The translations under genes and the position numbers were made by a program. This document shows positions 17,373 to 27,028 of a stretch of 64,000 bases of DNA, in pieces. The notes under the pieces are model-generated. The model was given only the letters and a program-made list of their open reading frames with translations, ran no database searches and was not told the origin of the DNA. Each line of letters begins with the position of its first letter. The stretch's first letter is position 1. The DNA is from Candidatus Marinacidobacterales bacterium. Its GTDB lineage: Bacteria > Acidobacteriota > Vicinamibacteria > Marinacidobacterales > DATDRI01. The stretch lies in assembly GCA_965219415.1 (NCBI GenBank), contig CBDCNP010000002.1, positions 2,784,001-2,848,000 of the forward strand, in the 5' to 3' direction.

Positions 17373-18194
17373 CTACGCGGTGCGGGCACCTCCGACGGCT
17401 CGAATCGCGTCGGAGATCAACGTCACCAGCTCGTCTCGCGACAGTTGGATCATTTCGTTGCCATCCACGCCCGCGGCCGCACCAGCGGTGGTACTGAAGG
17501 AACCGGCCCCCTCGGCCGGGACAGGACACGCCTCTCCTCCCGGCGGCCCTTCGAGCTTGTAGACTCCCTTGCGAAGGGAGAGCAGACGCGACACCTCGGA
17601 CTGTGGAAGCAACCTCTCTCCCCCTAACAATCTCGACATGAAACTGATCTCGGCGAAATGCTCCACAACCTCCATCTTGTAGTAGGCGTCGAGAATCTCT
17701 TTACCCACGGTCAAGGCGCCATGGTTCGACAACAGGAGGCCGTCACTGGTTCGTATCAGGCGATCCACGGAATCGGCCAGCTCCTTCGTGGAAGGCGTGC
17801 CGTACTCCGCCAGGGGAACGCAGCCCAAAGTGACGATGACTTCGGCGAGCACGGCGCGATTGAGGGGGACTCCCGCAACCGCGAACGCAGTCGACTTCGG
17901 TGGATGAGCGTGAACCACCGCCCGGACGTCCGGGCGCGCTCGGTAAACCGTTAGGTGCATCTCGATCTCGGTGGAGACACGCAGCGCTCCATCGATCCGC
18001 TTGCCCGAAAAATCACAGGAGACGATCATGTCCGGTGTGAGGTAGCCCTTACACGCTCCCGCCGGCGTCGACAGAACTTCTTCTTCCGAAAGCCGAATGC
18101 TGACGTTCCCCTCCATCGCCGCTATGTAGCCATGTTGGTACAGACGACGACCCACCTCACAGATATCTTCTTTGAGCTCTTCGCGTCGCTTCAC
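17373..18194 (-). CDS. Class II aldolase (FucA/adducin family) with C-terminal putative encapsulation peptide
   Basis: EGNVSIR, TPAG.CKG, STEIEMH..VY..RPDV.AVVHAHP, LLSNHG. Gly/Ala linker then SRDELVTLISDAIRAV. GTG start overlaps the upstream TGA. Confidence 0.9.
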   Translation of the reverse strand: MKRREELKEDICEVGRRLYQHGYIAAMEGNVSIRLSEEEVLSTPAGACKGYLTPDMIVSCDFSGKRIDGALRVSTEIEMHLTVYRARPDVRAVVHAHPPKSTAFAVAGVPLNRAVLAEVIVTLGCVPLAEYGTPSTKELADSVDRLIRTSDGLLLSNHGALTVGKEILDAYYKMEVVEHFAEISFMSRLLGGERLLPQSEVSRLLSLRKGVYKLEGPPGGEACPVPAEGAGSFSTTAGAAAGVDGNEMIQLSRDELVTLISDAIRAVGGARTA

Positions 18195-18466
18195 GTCGCA
18201 CTCACCTGAAACGCTTGCCGGCAGTTCTCGGAACAAAAGTGTTGGACTTCACTGCCGTGTTGCTCGGCGATGGCCCGCTCTTTGGGCACGAAAACACCGC
18301 ACACTGGGTCGCGAACCATCTGGCCCCGATAGATGGGCTTGGCCGAGCCGACTCCCGGAGAGCGTCCCACTTGCTGCCTTTCGGCCCCCCCCAACCAACG
18401 AGAGAGTACTCGAAAGACGTAGCGAACCACGTACATGAGCGCGATGAACTGAAGGAGACGCCCCAT
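18191..18466 (-). CDS. Membrane-anchored YHS/TRASH metal-binding protein
   Basis: N-terminal hydrophobic helix; MVRDPVCG..V..HFCSENC. Confidence 0.8.
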   Translation of the reverse strand: MGRLLQFIALMYVVRYVFRVLSRWLGGAERQQVGRSPGVGSAKPIYRGQMVRDPVCGVFVPKERAIAEQHGSEVQHFCSENCRQAFQVSAT

Positions 18467-18473
18467 GGCTTTG

Positions 18474-19079
18474 CTAGTTGGTATGAGCGGACTTCAGTGC
18501 TTCCAGCTCATCACTAATGCTGCTGGCTTCGCGTGAGTTGGGGGCGACCCGCGTGAGCTCCTCCCAAGCTTCGAGCCCCGCACGAATGTCTTGCTGCGCG
18601 TACAGTCTCACTCTTCCCAATCCCAGAAGCGCTTGAGCGTTTCCCGGTGCACGAGCGAGTACCGCCTGGTACTCGGAGATGGCTTCCTCGACGCGTCCGA
18701 CGTTAGCCAACGATTGCGCATAGTGGGTTCGGGCATGAACATTATCGGGCTCTCGCTCGAGCGCCTGGCGAAGCCATGAAATCGCCTCGTCATCGTGGCC
18801 AGCCTCTAAGTAAAGATTACCGAGCCGAACCCGTGCGCTATTGTCCGCGGGATTCCGCTGAAGCACACTTTCGAGTGCGGCAACTTCTTGGCGATCCAAC
18901 ACCCGCCGCGGGGGAGGTTGCGTAGCTCCATCCGGGCTTCCGAAGCCGCCTTGGCTTCCTATGTGGGTCGCCATGGAAACATTACCAGAGTCCTGAACGA
19001 CACTCTCGAACGCGAAATAGCCCAAAAGCACTCCGAACGCGAGTCCAGTCAAGAAGAAAACGGCATTGTCTTTTCTCAT
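18474..19079 (-). CDS. Membrane-anchored TPR protein
   Basis: N-terminal TM; tandem TPR helices (ARVRLGNLY, A...L..AL...PDN, AI..Y..VL...PGN..ALLGLG). Confidence 0.8.
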   Translation of the reverse strand: MRKDNAVFFLTGLAFGVLLGYFAFESVVQDSGNVSMATHIGSQGGFGSPDGATQPPPRRVLDRQEVAALESVLQRNPADNSARVRLGNLYLEAGHDDEAISWLRQALEREPDNVHARTHYAQSLANVGRVEEAISEYQAVLARAPGNAQALLGLGRVRLYAQQDIRAGLEAWEELTRVAPNSREASSISDELEALKSAHTN

Positions 19080-19109
19080 CGCCTTCAGGGGCTTTCAGGA
19101 AAAGCCAGT

Positions 19110-20633
19110 CTATCTGTGCCTAGCCGCGGGAGTCAACAGGCTCGGACCGGCGTGAAACCCACTATCTCTAAAGGGTTGGAGCCACGACATGAAACCGGTG
19201 GCGAGAAAGCCGAGCTGGAATAGAACCAGGAAGGGCAACATGGCGAAGATCTCGTGGGAGATGGCATAGGCGACGGTGGCGGTGAAGTAGAGACCGAGAG
19301 CGATCTCGACCGCGGGAAGATAGCTGCGGGCACCGCGATACGTCTTGAGCCTCCAGCTGTCCCGCGGCGATTCGATTCGGTACTTCGGCGTCCGAACGAA
19401 GGGGGTCTCGCGACCCGCCAGACCCTCTAGAACCGCGCGACCGTTGTTGACGCTCATACCGATCCCCATCGACAACAAGCAGGGAATGCAACGGAGCCGC
19501 TCCTTCCAGTCGGGATAGATCTCCCTTTGAGAAACGACGTAAAACGTTGTGACCGAACATGTCGCGGCGAGAAACAAGGGGATGTCGACCAGGAGCATTT
19601 CCTGCCACCCCATGTTGTAGCGAACCAGCATGGACGGAAACATCAACAAGGACAAGACCACCATCAGGGGATACGCCAAGTTGGCGGTCAAATGGAAGAC
19701 CGCTTCGGTCTTCACGCCGAGCGGCAAGCGGCTCGCGAGCAAACGCAGGAGCAATTTCTTGGCGGTTTGGATGGATCCCTTGGACCAACGGTACTGCTGA
19801 CTCTTGAAGCCGTTCATTTCCACCGGTAGCTCGGCCGGACAGATCGCGTCGGGAAGAAAGATGAATCGCCAACCCTTGAGTTGCGCACGGTAGGAGAGAT
19901 CCATGTCTTCGGTCAACGTGTCATGCTGCCAGCCACCGGCGTCTTCGATGGCCGACGCCCGCCACACCCCGGCCGTCCCGTTGAAATTAAAGAAACGGCC
20001 GGAGCGGTTCCGCGCTCCGTGCTCGAGTACGAAATGAGCATCGAGAAGGATCGATTGCACGCGGGTTAGCAACGAGTACTCGGAGTTGATATGACCCCAC
20101 CTCGCCTGCACCATCGCCACGTCGGCGGCCTGGAAGTGAGCCAGTGTGGCGCGGAGAAAGTCGCGAGGCGGGACGAAGTCGGCGTCGAAGATGGCAACAA
20201 ACTCTCCCCGAGCACGCGAAAGCCCCGCTCGTAAGGCTCCTGCCTTGAAGCCCCGCCGATCCTTACGGTGGATATGGTGAATATCCAAGCCTCGACTGCG
20301 ATAGTCAGCGACTCTTCGTCTAACTATCTCGGTAGTCTCATCGGTGGAATCATCGAGAACCTGAATCTCGAGAAGCTCCTTGGGATAGTCGAGCCGCGCC
20401 GCGGCGTCGATGAGCCGCTCCACCACATACATTTCGTTGAACAACGGCAGTTGTACCGTTACCACCGGAAGCTCCGCCAGGGGTAGCGGGTCCGAGTTTT
20501 CTAGTGAGGAAGGCTTCTTGTCCCGGTACTTGTAATATAGATAGACCATCATGTACCGGTGGCATCCGAAGATCGCCAACACAATGAGCACAGAGAAGTA
20601 CAGTATTAGAATGGCAGCGTCGATAGGGCTCAT
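19110..20633 (-). CDS. Processive GT2 glycosyltransferase (cellulose synthase-like/CslA type)
   Basis: QLPLFNE, DDSTD, GFKAGAL, FDADF, TEDMDLSYR, QQYRW (QxxRW); multiple TM segments. Confidence 0.92.
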   Translation of the reverse strand: MSPIDAAILILYFSVLIVLAIFGCHRYMMVYLYYKYRDKKPSSLENSDPLPLAELPVVTVQLPLFNEMYVVERLIDAAARLDYPKELLEIQVLDDSTDETTEIVRRRVADYRSRGLDIHHIHRKDRRGFKAGALRAGLSRARGEFVAIFDADFVPPRDFLRATLAHFQAADVAMVQARWGHINSEYSLLTRVQSILLDAHFVLEHGARNRSGRFFNFNGTAGVWRASAIEDAGGWQHDTLTEDMDLSYRAQLKGWRFIFLPDAICPAELPVEMNGFKSQQYRWSKGSIQTAKKLLLRLLASRLPLGVKTEAVFHLTANLAYPLMVVLSLLMFPSMLVRYNMGWQEMLLVDIPLFLAATCSVTTFYVVSQREIYPDWKERLRCIPCLLSMGIGMSVNNGRAVLEGLAGRETPFVRTPKYRIESPRDSWRLKTYRGARSYLPAVEIALGLYFTATVAYAISHEIFAMLPFLVLFQLGFLATGFMSWLQPFRDSGFHAGPSLLTPAARHR

Positions 20634-20672
20634 GACAAACTATTCGTCCGCCGATAGCATAGCGCAAACCGA

Positions 20673-21969
20673 ATGAAGAGCCCGGAGAGGGATTGGCTCG
20701 TCCTGACTGCGGGAGGTTGTGTCTTGGTGGTCCTCGCGCTCTGGGTCGCGAATCGGATAGATCTCCAAAACGGCTTCCCCTCCTTTCTCTTCGGCTATCT
20801 GGCCATGTCGGCGGTCTACGTCGTTGCGGTCTACTACGTGCTACACCATACCTACCGGGCCCACAATCGCCGGGGACTCCTTGTTTGGACGGTCGTTGTG
20901 GCCATCGCGCTGCGAGCGATCTTTCTCTTTACCCCACCGGCGCTTTCGGACGACATCTATCGCTATGTTTGGGATGGCCGGGTCCAAAAGAATGGATTGA
21001 ATCCCTACGCGCACGCTCCCGCAGCTCCCCAACTAGAGCACCTGCGAGATCCCACGTACGAGAGCATCAACAATAAGGAGCTCCCCACGATCTACCCGCC
21101 GATGATGCAGGTGGTCCTCCTGGCCGTGGCCACGCTTTCGGAGAGTGTCCTCGGGATGAAGGCGGCTTTCGTTTTGATAGATGTTGCGCTCATCGCAATA
21201 CTGGTGATTCTCCTCACCGCCGCCAATCATAGCCCACTGCGAGCTCTCATTTACGCCTGGAGCCCCCTGACCATCGTCGAAATTTGCGGGGAGCGGCCAC
21301 AACGACGTCCTGATGATGGCCTTTCTCATGGCCGGGCATGCCGCGGTCTTGCTCAAGAAGGATATGCTGTCAATATGTCTCGTCACGTTGGCGGGCCATG
21401 CGAAGTTGATGGCATTTGCGCTGCTTCCATTCTTCGTACGTTGCACCCGACCCCTTGCATGGCTCGCGATTCCCTTAGCGAGTCTAATACTCCTCTTTCC
21501 CTACCGCGGCGTGACCCCGGAGTCTTTCGATGGCCTATTCGCATATGGCCTGAGATGGCGAGCCAACGACAGCCTCTTCCACGTCTTGTATTCGTTGACC
21601 GGTTCCCTCGACTTTTCGAAGCTCATCGCGGGGGCGGCGGTGGCGGCGCTCATTGGTGGGCTCCTATATCGCCGCGTTCCACCCCTTCGCGCGAGTTACC
21701 TTACGATCGGCACCATCCTTCTGCTGTCGCCTACCGTACATCCCTGGTACGTCATGTGGCTGGTCCCTTATCTGTGTTTCTTCCCGAGCCCGGCCTGGCT
21801 CTTGCTCACCGCCACCATCGCCCTTTCCTACCACGCCCCGTTCCTCGCATCTCCAGGTGAGCCGTGGAAGGAACTGACAGGTTTCAAGGTCCTCGAATAC
21901 GCGCCTTTCTTCTTGCTCGCGGGTTGGTCCGCCTTCTCGCGAAAACATGATATAGTCAGCGGCTCCTAA
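20673..21969 (+). pseudogene. Polytopic GT-C (GT87/DUF2029-like) glycosyltransferase, frameshifted at about 21283 (extra T; possibly sequencing error)
   Basis: LSDDIYRYVWDG, NPY, TIYPP, YAWSPL in the 5' ORF. Removing one T in GAAATTTGCGGGG restores EIAGSGHNDVLM and joins the 3' ORF (SPTVHPWY). Confidence 0.8.
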
Positions 21970-21970
21970 A

Positions 21971-22732
21971 ATGAACGTGGATCGAATCCGAGAGATCCTA
22001 GAGGCGGTCTCGCAGCAATCGATTTCCGTAGAGGAAGCCTCCGAGAAGCTCCGCCACCTCCCGTTCGAGGATCTGGGCTTCGCCAAAATCGACCACCATC
22101 GCGAGCTGCGCCGCGGTTTTCCGGAAGTCATCTTCGGGCCGGGAAAAACCGCCGAGCAGATCACCACCATCGCCACCCGATTGGCCGAGAAGGATCAGAA
22201 TGTCCTGGTCACGAGAACAACGGAAGCGGCCTACCATGAGCTTCAGAAGAAACTGCCGGATGCTCGTTGGCACCGCCAGCCCGGTGCGATCGTCGTCGAA
22301 CACCACCCCCCGACTCGCGTGTCCGGGCTGGTGCTGATCATCTCGGCGGGCACCTCGGACATACCGATCGCCGAAGAAGCTGCGCTCACCACGGAGCTGA
22401 TGGGCTCGACCGTGGATCGAGTTTTCGATGTGGGCGTTGCGGGCATACACCGGCTCGCATCTCACCAAGAGCTTCTGACGAAAGCATCCGTGGTAGTGGT
22501 CGCAGCCGGAATGGAGGGAGCGCTCCCCAGCGTGGTCGCCGGTTTGGTGGCGGTGCCGGTGGTGGCGGTACCCACGAGTATTGGTTACGGAGCCAGCTTC
22601 GGTGGACTCTCGGCACTCTTGGCGATGTTGAACAGTTGCTCGTCCGGCGTGGCGGTCGTCAACATCGACAACGGCTTCGGGGCGGGCTACCTAGCCGGGC
22701 TCATCAACGCCTCAGATAACTCCCAAGCTTAG
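21971..22732 (+). CDS. larB: Nickel-pincer cofactor biosynthesis protein LarB (PurE-like)
   Basis: [71 protein letters not shown]. Confidence 0.92.
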   Translation: MNVDRIREILEAVSQQSISVEEASEKLRHLPFEDLGFAKIDHHRELRRGFPEVIFGPGKTAEQITTIATRLAEKDQNVLVTRTTEAAYHELQKKLPDARWHRQPGAIVVEHHPPTRVSGLVLIISAGTSDIPIAEEAALTTELMGSTVDRVFDVGVAGIHRLASHQELLTKASVVVVAAGMEGALPSVVAGLVAVPVVAVPTSIGYGASFGGLSALLAMLNSCSSGVAVVNIDNGFGAGYLAGLINASDNSQA

Positions 22733-22806
22733 CTTGACAGTTGGCCCACTCGTTCATAAATTGCAATAATGGAAAGGCTTAGGGGTAAGTCTGCCCCTAC
22801 TTTGAA

Positions 22807-22822
22807 TGCAATTCCCGGGCCA
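22807..22822 (-). promoter_or_regulatory. Possible sigma54 element facing the 3' end of larB (antisense)
   Basis: Minus strand TGGCCCGGGAATTGCA, GG-N10-GC, one mismatch to TGGCAC. Confidence 0.35.
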
Positions 22823-22880
22823 TGGCCCGGGCGTGTTAAGATAGCGGATTGTGCTCACCCGTCTCCGAAGCGGCTCTCCC

Positions 22881-25256
22881 ATGAACATCGGTATCTCTAA
22901 GACCCTAGAATTCAATGGGATACAGACTGTCCTGGAGAGGTTCACCTCCACTCCCATAGGCGCCGAGGCGGCCCGCAGACTCGCGCCTTCCTCGGACATT
23001 TCCGAGGTGAAGGATTGGCTCAGCGACACGACCGAAGGCCGCCTACTCCTCGAGCAAGGGAAGCGGCTCCCGCTCACTGGAACGCCGGACGTCCGTGCGC
23101 ATCTGGACGTTCTACGGATTGAGCAACAATCACTTGCCGCCTTAGCGCTTCTCGAGCTCGCCAAGCTTGCCCGGATCGCCGAGCAGGTTGGCCCGGAGCT
23201 CAAGGATAGCAACCCGAAACTTCCTCGGCTGGTGGCGCTTGCCAGCCAACTGCCGGATCTCCGAGACCTCCGAAGCGCAATCGAAAAAGCCATCGACTCC
23301 GAAAGCGGCGAGGTCAAAGAAGACGCCAGCCCCGAGCTCCGCCGGCTGAGAGCGCGCCTGTTCAAGCTCCGCAGGCGTCTTGAAAACATCCTCGAGTCCT
23401 ACTTCAAACAGAAGGACTCCCAGAAGTTGCTCCAAGATCAGATCGTTACCGTGCGAAACGGTCGCTCGGTGCTTCCTGTCAGGGCGGAGTGTAGGGGCCA
23501 GCTAGTCGGCATCGTTCATGGCTCGTCGGCCAGCGGCGCGACGGTCTTCATCGAGCCCCTCTCTACGGTCGAGCTCAACAACGACATCGTCTCGGTACAA
23601 GAAGAGGAACAACAAGAGATCGAACGCATTTTGTTTTCGTTGACCGAGCTTGCGCGTTCCAAGAAATCCGAGCTCCTTCAAACCACCGATGTGGTGTCGC
23701 GGCTCGATGTGATCCAAGCCAAGGCATTCCTCTCCGAGGCCTGCGACGGAGCGGAACCGCGTGTGGACGAAGGAAAGACCCTCCACCTAGTTTCAGCCCG
23801 CCATCCGCTGCTGCTCAGAAAGATCGTCGCGCGACTCGACCTGTCACCCCCGGCCAAAGAAGCGGCCGCGCTTTCGTTCCGAGTCGATGCGGATCGGAGT
23901 GCCCTCGTCTTCACCGGCCCCAATACCGGTGGCAAAACGGTCGCACTCAAGACGGCGGGATTGCTTTCGCTGATGGTTCAGACCGGGCTTCACGTTCCGG
24001 CGGATCCCAAGAGCTCGTTTCCCGTCTTCAGAAAGGTCTTCGCGGACATCGGAGACGAACAGTCGATCGGATCGAGCCTCTCCACCTTCTCCGCGCATCT
24101 CAGAAACATCGTGGAGATGGAAAGAGACATCGAAGATCCTTCCCTGGTGTTGCTCGATGAGGTCGGCACCGGAACCGACCCCGCCGAAGGGGGAGCCTTG
24201 GGAACCGCGCTCGTCGAGCACTTTCGACGAAGGGGCGCGTTGGTACTAGCGTCGACACATCACGGCATGCTCAAAGCCTACGCAACGACCACACCCGGTG
24301 TGGGGTCCGCTTCCTTTGAATTCAATCCCCAAACGTACGAGCCCACCTACCACCTGGTGGAGGACTCCACGGGGCGAAGCCTGGCTTTCGAGATCGCTCG
24401 CCGTTTTGGACTCCCCGAGGAAGTCGTTCGACACGCCCGTGAGCTTCAGAACCAAAAGGAGCGGCAAGTCGAAGGCATGCTCGAGCGGTTGGAAGAGGAA
24501 GGTCAGAAGCTCGCCAAGGATCGCGAGAAGATGACTCGCGACCGTCGCACCCTGGAAGCTTCGGTTCGGCGTCACAGAGCGATCGAGGAAGAGCTTGTTC
24601 GAACGCGAGACGAGCAATCGCAGAGCATGCGCGAAGAAATGAGCGAGGAGATCGCGCAGGCGCGGCGTGAAATCCGGGAAATTCTGGAGGAAGCGCGCGA
24701 GCGGAGTGTCTCGCATCAGCAGCAAGCGATCGGCGAGGCCCGAGCCGAGAGTCAAGAAAGACTGGAGATGGTGGCCGCACGATTCCAGCCACCGCCGAGC
24801 ACCACCGCTCGGCTCGAGCTCAATGTCGGGGAGGCGGTGACCATTCCATCCCTCCAGTTGACGGGCCGCGTCGTCGAGATCTTGGGAGATGACGAAGTCG
24901 AAGTAGTGGTGCGAGACAAGAAACTCCGCATCCCGGTCACCGAGCTAGAGGCGGCAATCGATATTCGGGGAGAGACCACGGCGAGGTACTCCGGTCGAAC
25001 GCAGGTACCGGAAGCCAAGCAGGTGCCGCAGGAGCTCAATGTCATCGGGTGCACGGTGGACGAGGCCATCTCGCGGGCAGACAAGTTCCTGGACGACGCT
25101 TTCCTCTGCGAGCATGGCACCGTCCGGCTGATTCACGGTCTGGGTCGTGGACGTCTCAAGAAGGCGATCGGTCAATGGCTCGAGACCCACCCCCATGTGG
25201 CCAAGCACCAACCTGAGGGATCCGGCGCGGTGACGGTCGTGGAACTGAAGAGCTAG
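22881..25256 (+). CDS. mutS2: Endonuclease MutS2 (Smr domain)
   Basis: LEF N-terminus, GIVH..S.SG.TVFIEP, TGPNTGGKT, DIGDEQSI..SLSTFS.H, LDEVG.GTDP, Smr IHGLG.G.L. Confidence 0.95.
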   Translation: MNIGISKTLEFNGIQTVLERFTSTPIGAEAARRLAPSSDISEVKDWLSDTTEGRLLLEQGKRLPLTGTPDVRAHLDVLRIEQQSLAALALLELAKLARIAEQVGPELKDSNPKLPRLVALASQLPDLRDLRSAIEKAIDSESGEVKEDASPELRRLRARLFKLRRRLENILESYFKQKDSQKLLQDQIVTVRNGRSVLPVRAECRGQLVGIVHGSSASGATVFIEPLSTVELNNDIVSVQEEEQQEIERILFSLTELARSKKSELLQTTDVVSRLDVIQAKAFLSEACDGAEPRVDEGKTLHLVSARHPLLLRKIVARLDLSPPAKEAAALSFRVDADRSALVFTGPNTGGKTVALKTAGLLSLMVQTGLHVPADPKSSFPVFRKVFADIGDEQSIGSSLSTFSAHLRNIVEMERDIEDPSLVLLDEVGTGTDPAEGGALGTALVEHFRRRGALVLASTHHGMLKAYATTTPGVGSASFEFNPQTYEPTYHLVEDSTGRSLAFEIARRFGLPEEVVRHARELQNQKERQVEGMLERLEEEGQKLAKDREKMTRDRRTLEASVRRHRAIEEELVRTRDEQSQSMREEMSEEIAQARREIREILEEARERSVSHQQQAIGEARAESQERLEMVAARFQPPPSTTARLELNVGEAVTIPSLQLTGRVVEILGDDEVEVVVRDKKLRIPVTELEAAIDIRGETTARYSGRTQVPEAKQVPQELNVIGCTVDEAISRADKFLDDAFLCEHGTVRLIHGLGRGRLKKAIGQWLETHPHVAKHQPEGSGAVTVVELKS

Positions 25257-27028
25257 TGCCAATCTTTGGATCGAACTTCATCGAGCAGGTGCGGGCTAGT
25301 ACCGACATCGTCGATCTCGTCTCACAATACGTGCCGCTTAAAAAGGCAGGAAAAAGCTTCAAGGGTTTGTGTCCCTTTCATTCCGAGAAAACCCCCTCCT
25401 TCAACGTGAGCCCGGAACGAGAGATCTTTCACTGCTTCGGCTGTGGGCAAGGCGGCGACGCCTTCAAGTTCCTGATGCTCTACGACAAGATGTCCTTTCC
25501 CGAGGCCGTGGCCCAACTCGCCTCTCAGGCCGGGATCAGCGTCCCTAGTCAACGCGAGGCGGGGCCGGAAAATCCAGAGCGAAGCTTGTTGCTCAAACTT
25601 CATGACGAGGCGGCACGGTTCTTCCAAGACGGTCTGATGAAGAGTCCTAGCGCCCTCTCTTATCTCGAAGGCCGGGGACTTAGTCGGGAGACAATCGAGA
25701 AGGCTGGCTTGGGGTACGCCCCCGACGCCTGGTCTTCCCTGCTAGAGCACCTCACCAGGAAGGGCGCGAAGCCGGATATGGTGGCGCGCGCCGGTTTGGC
25801 CGCCCCACGCCGGGAGGGCCGGGGGTTCTACGATCGCTTCCGCCACCGCGTCATCATCCCTATTCGCAATGAATCCGGAAGAGTCGTGGCGTTCGGGGGA
25901 AGACTCCTCGGCCCCGGTGAGCCGAAGTACCTGAACTCGCCGGAGAGCCCCATCTACAACAAGAGTCGCGTTCTTTACGGGTTCGAAAGTGCGAAAACTG
26001 CGATTCGGCAGCTCGGAAGCGCGATCCTGATGGAGGGGTATCTCGACTGCATCCAGGCCTACCAAGCGGGGGTCGCAAACGCCGTCGCGTGCTGCGGCAC
26101 CAGTCTCACCTCCGGCCACGCTCGCCTTCTTCGCCGCTACACCGAATGCATCATCGTGAATTTCGATCCCGATGCAGCCGGAGAAGCGGCGGCGGCGCGC
26201 AGCATCGATGTGCTGATCGAGGAGGGTTTCCAGGTCTCCGTATTGAGCCTTCCAACCGGACAAGACCCCGACGTCTTCATTCGGAAAGAAGGTGGAGCGG
26301 CCTATCGCCAAAGAGTCGACGGGGCTCGCTCGTTTATGGACTATCTCATCGAACTTTCGGCCAAGAAGTCGGATGTCGCGACTCCTCGAGGCAAAGTGGA
26401 TTTTCTGAACGGAGTGCTACCTACTCTGGCCCGCATCCCGAACCAAGTCGAGCGGGTAGGCTACGTGAGCCGGTTAGCAGAGCGGGCGGAGATCTCGGAC
26501 GCCACGGTGGTGGAGGAGCTACGCCGTCAGGTGTTGGCCCGCGCCCACCGCGTGAGCTTCGCCGACCGAAATGCTCAGAATCCTGTCGGACTCGGTGCGG
26601 CCGAATCGGTGAAGCCAGCGGAGCGAGATTTCATCAGATGGTTACTGCAGTCGCCGGAAGATGCTGCGGCGCTGCTCGATGAGCTCGAAGAGGAAGACCT
26701 CAGCGAGCTCGTAACGGCATCGATTCTGAGGGTCATGAAAAAAATGGTGGCATCGGAGAGCCTTTCAACCGAGCGCGTGCTCGATCGGCTGAACGCGGAA
26801 GCCGAGCGAAACATGCTGACTCGAATTGCCCTGGAGCCGTCCCCCTTGGGGCCTCGGCAGAGTCCTCGCGATTGTATGAATCGTCTTCGCGAGCAGAGGT
26901 GGCGCCGGCAGCTTTCGCGTTTACGGGCTAAACTGGCCCAGGGTGCGGACGACGACAACATTACCGCTGAGATCCAATCTCTAGCACGAAGGATTGAGAA
27001 CTCCGGGCGGATGGAGACGCTTACATGA
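25256..27028 (+). CDS. dnaG: DNA primase
   Basis: [18 protein letters not shown] zinc finger, YDRFR, FGGR, KYLNSPE, EGYLD, DPD TOPRIM motifs. Confidence 0.97.
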   Translation: MPIFGSNFIEQVRASTDIVDLVSQYVPLKKAGKSFKGLCPFHSEKTPSFNVSPEREIFHCFGCGQGGDAFKFLMLYDKMSFPEAVAQLASQAGISVPSQREAGPENPERSLLLKLHDEAARFFQDGLMKSPSALSYLEGRGLSRETIEKAGLGYAPDAWSSLLEHLTRKGAKPDMVARAGLAAPRREGRGFYDRFRHRVIIPIRNESGRVVAFGGRLLGPGEPKYLNSPESPIYNKSRVLYGFESAKTAIRQLGSAILMEGYLDCIQAYQAGVANAVACCGTSLTSGHARLLRRYTECIIVNFDPDAAGEAAAARSIDVLIEEGFQVSVLSLPTGQDPDVFIRKEGGAAYRQRVDGARSFMDYLIELSAKKSDVATPRGKVDFLNGVLPTLARIPNQVERVGYVSRLAERAEISDATVVEELRRQVLARAHRVSFADRNAQNPVGLGAAESVKPAERDFIRWLLQSPEDAAALLDELEEEDLSELVTASILRVMKKMVASESLSTERVLDRLNAEAERNMLTRIALEPSPLGPRQSPRDCMNRLREQRWRRQLSRLRAKLAQGADDDNITAEIQSLARRIENSGRMETLT

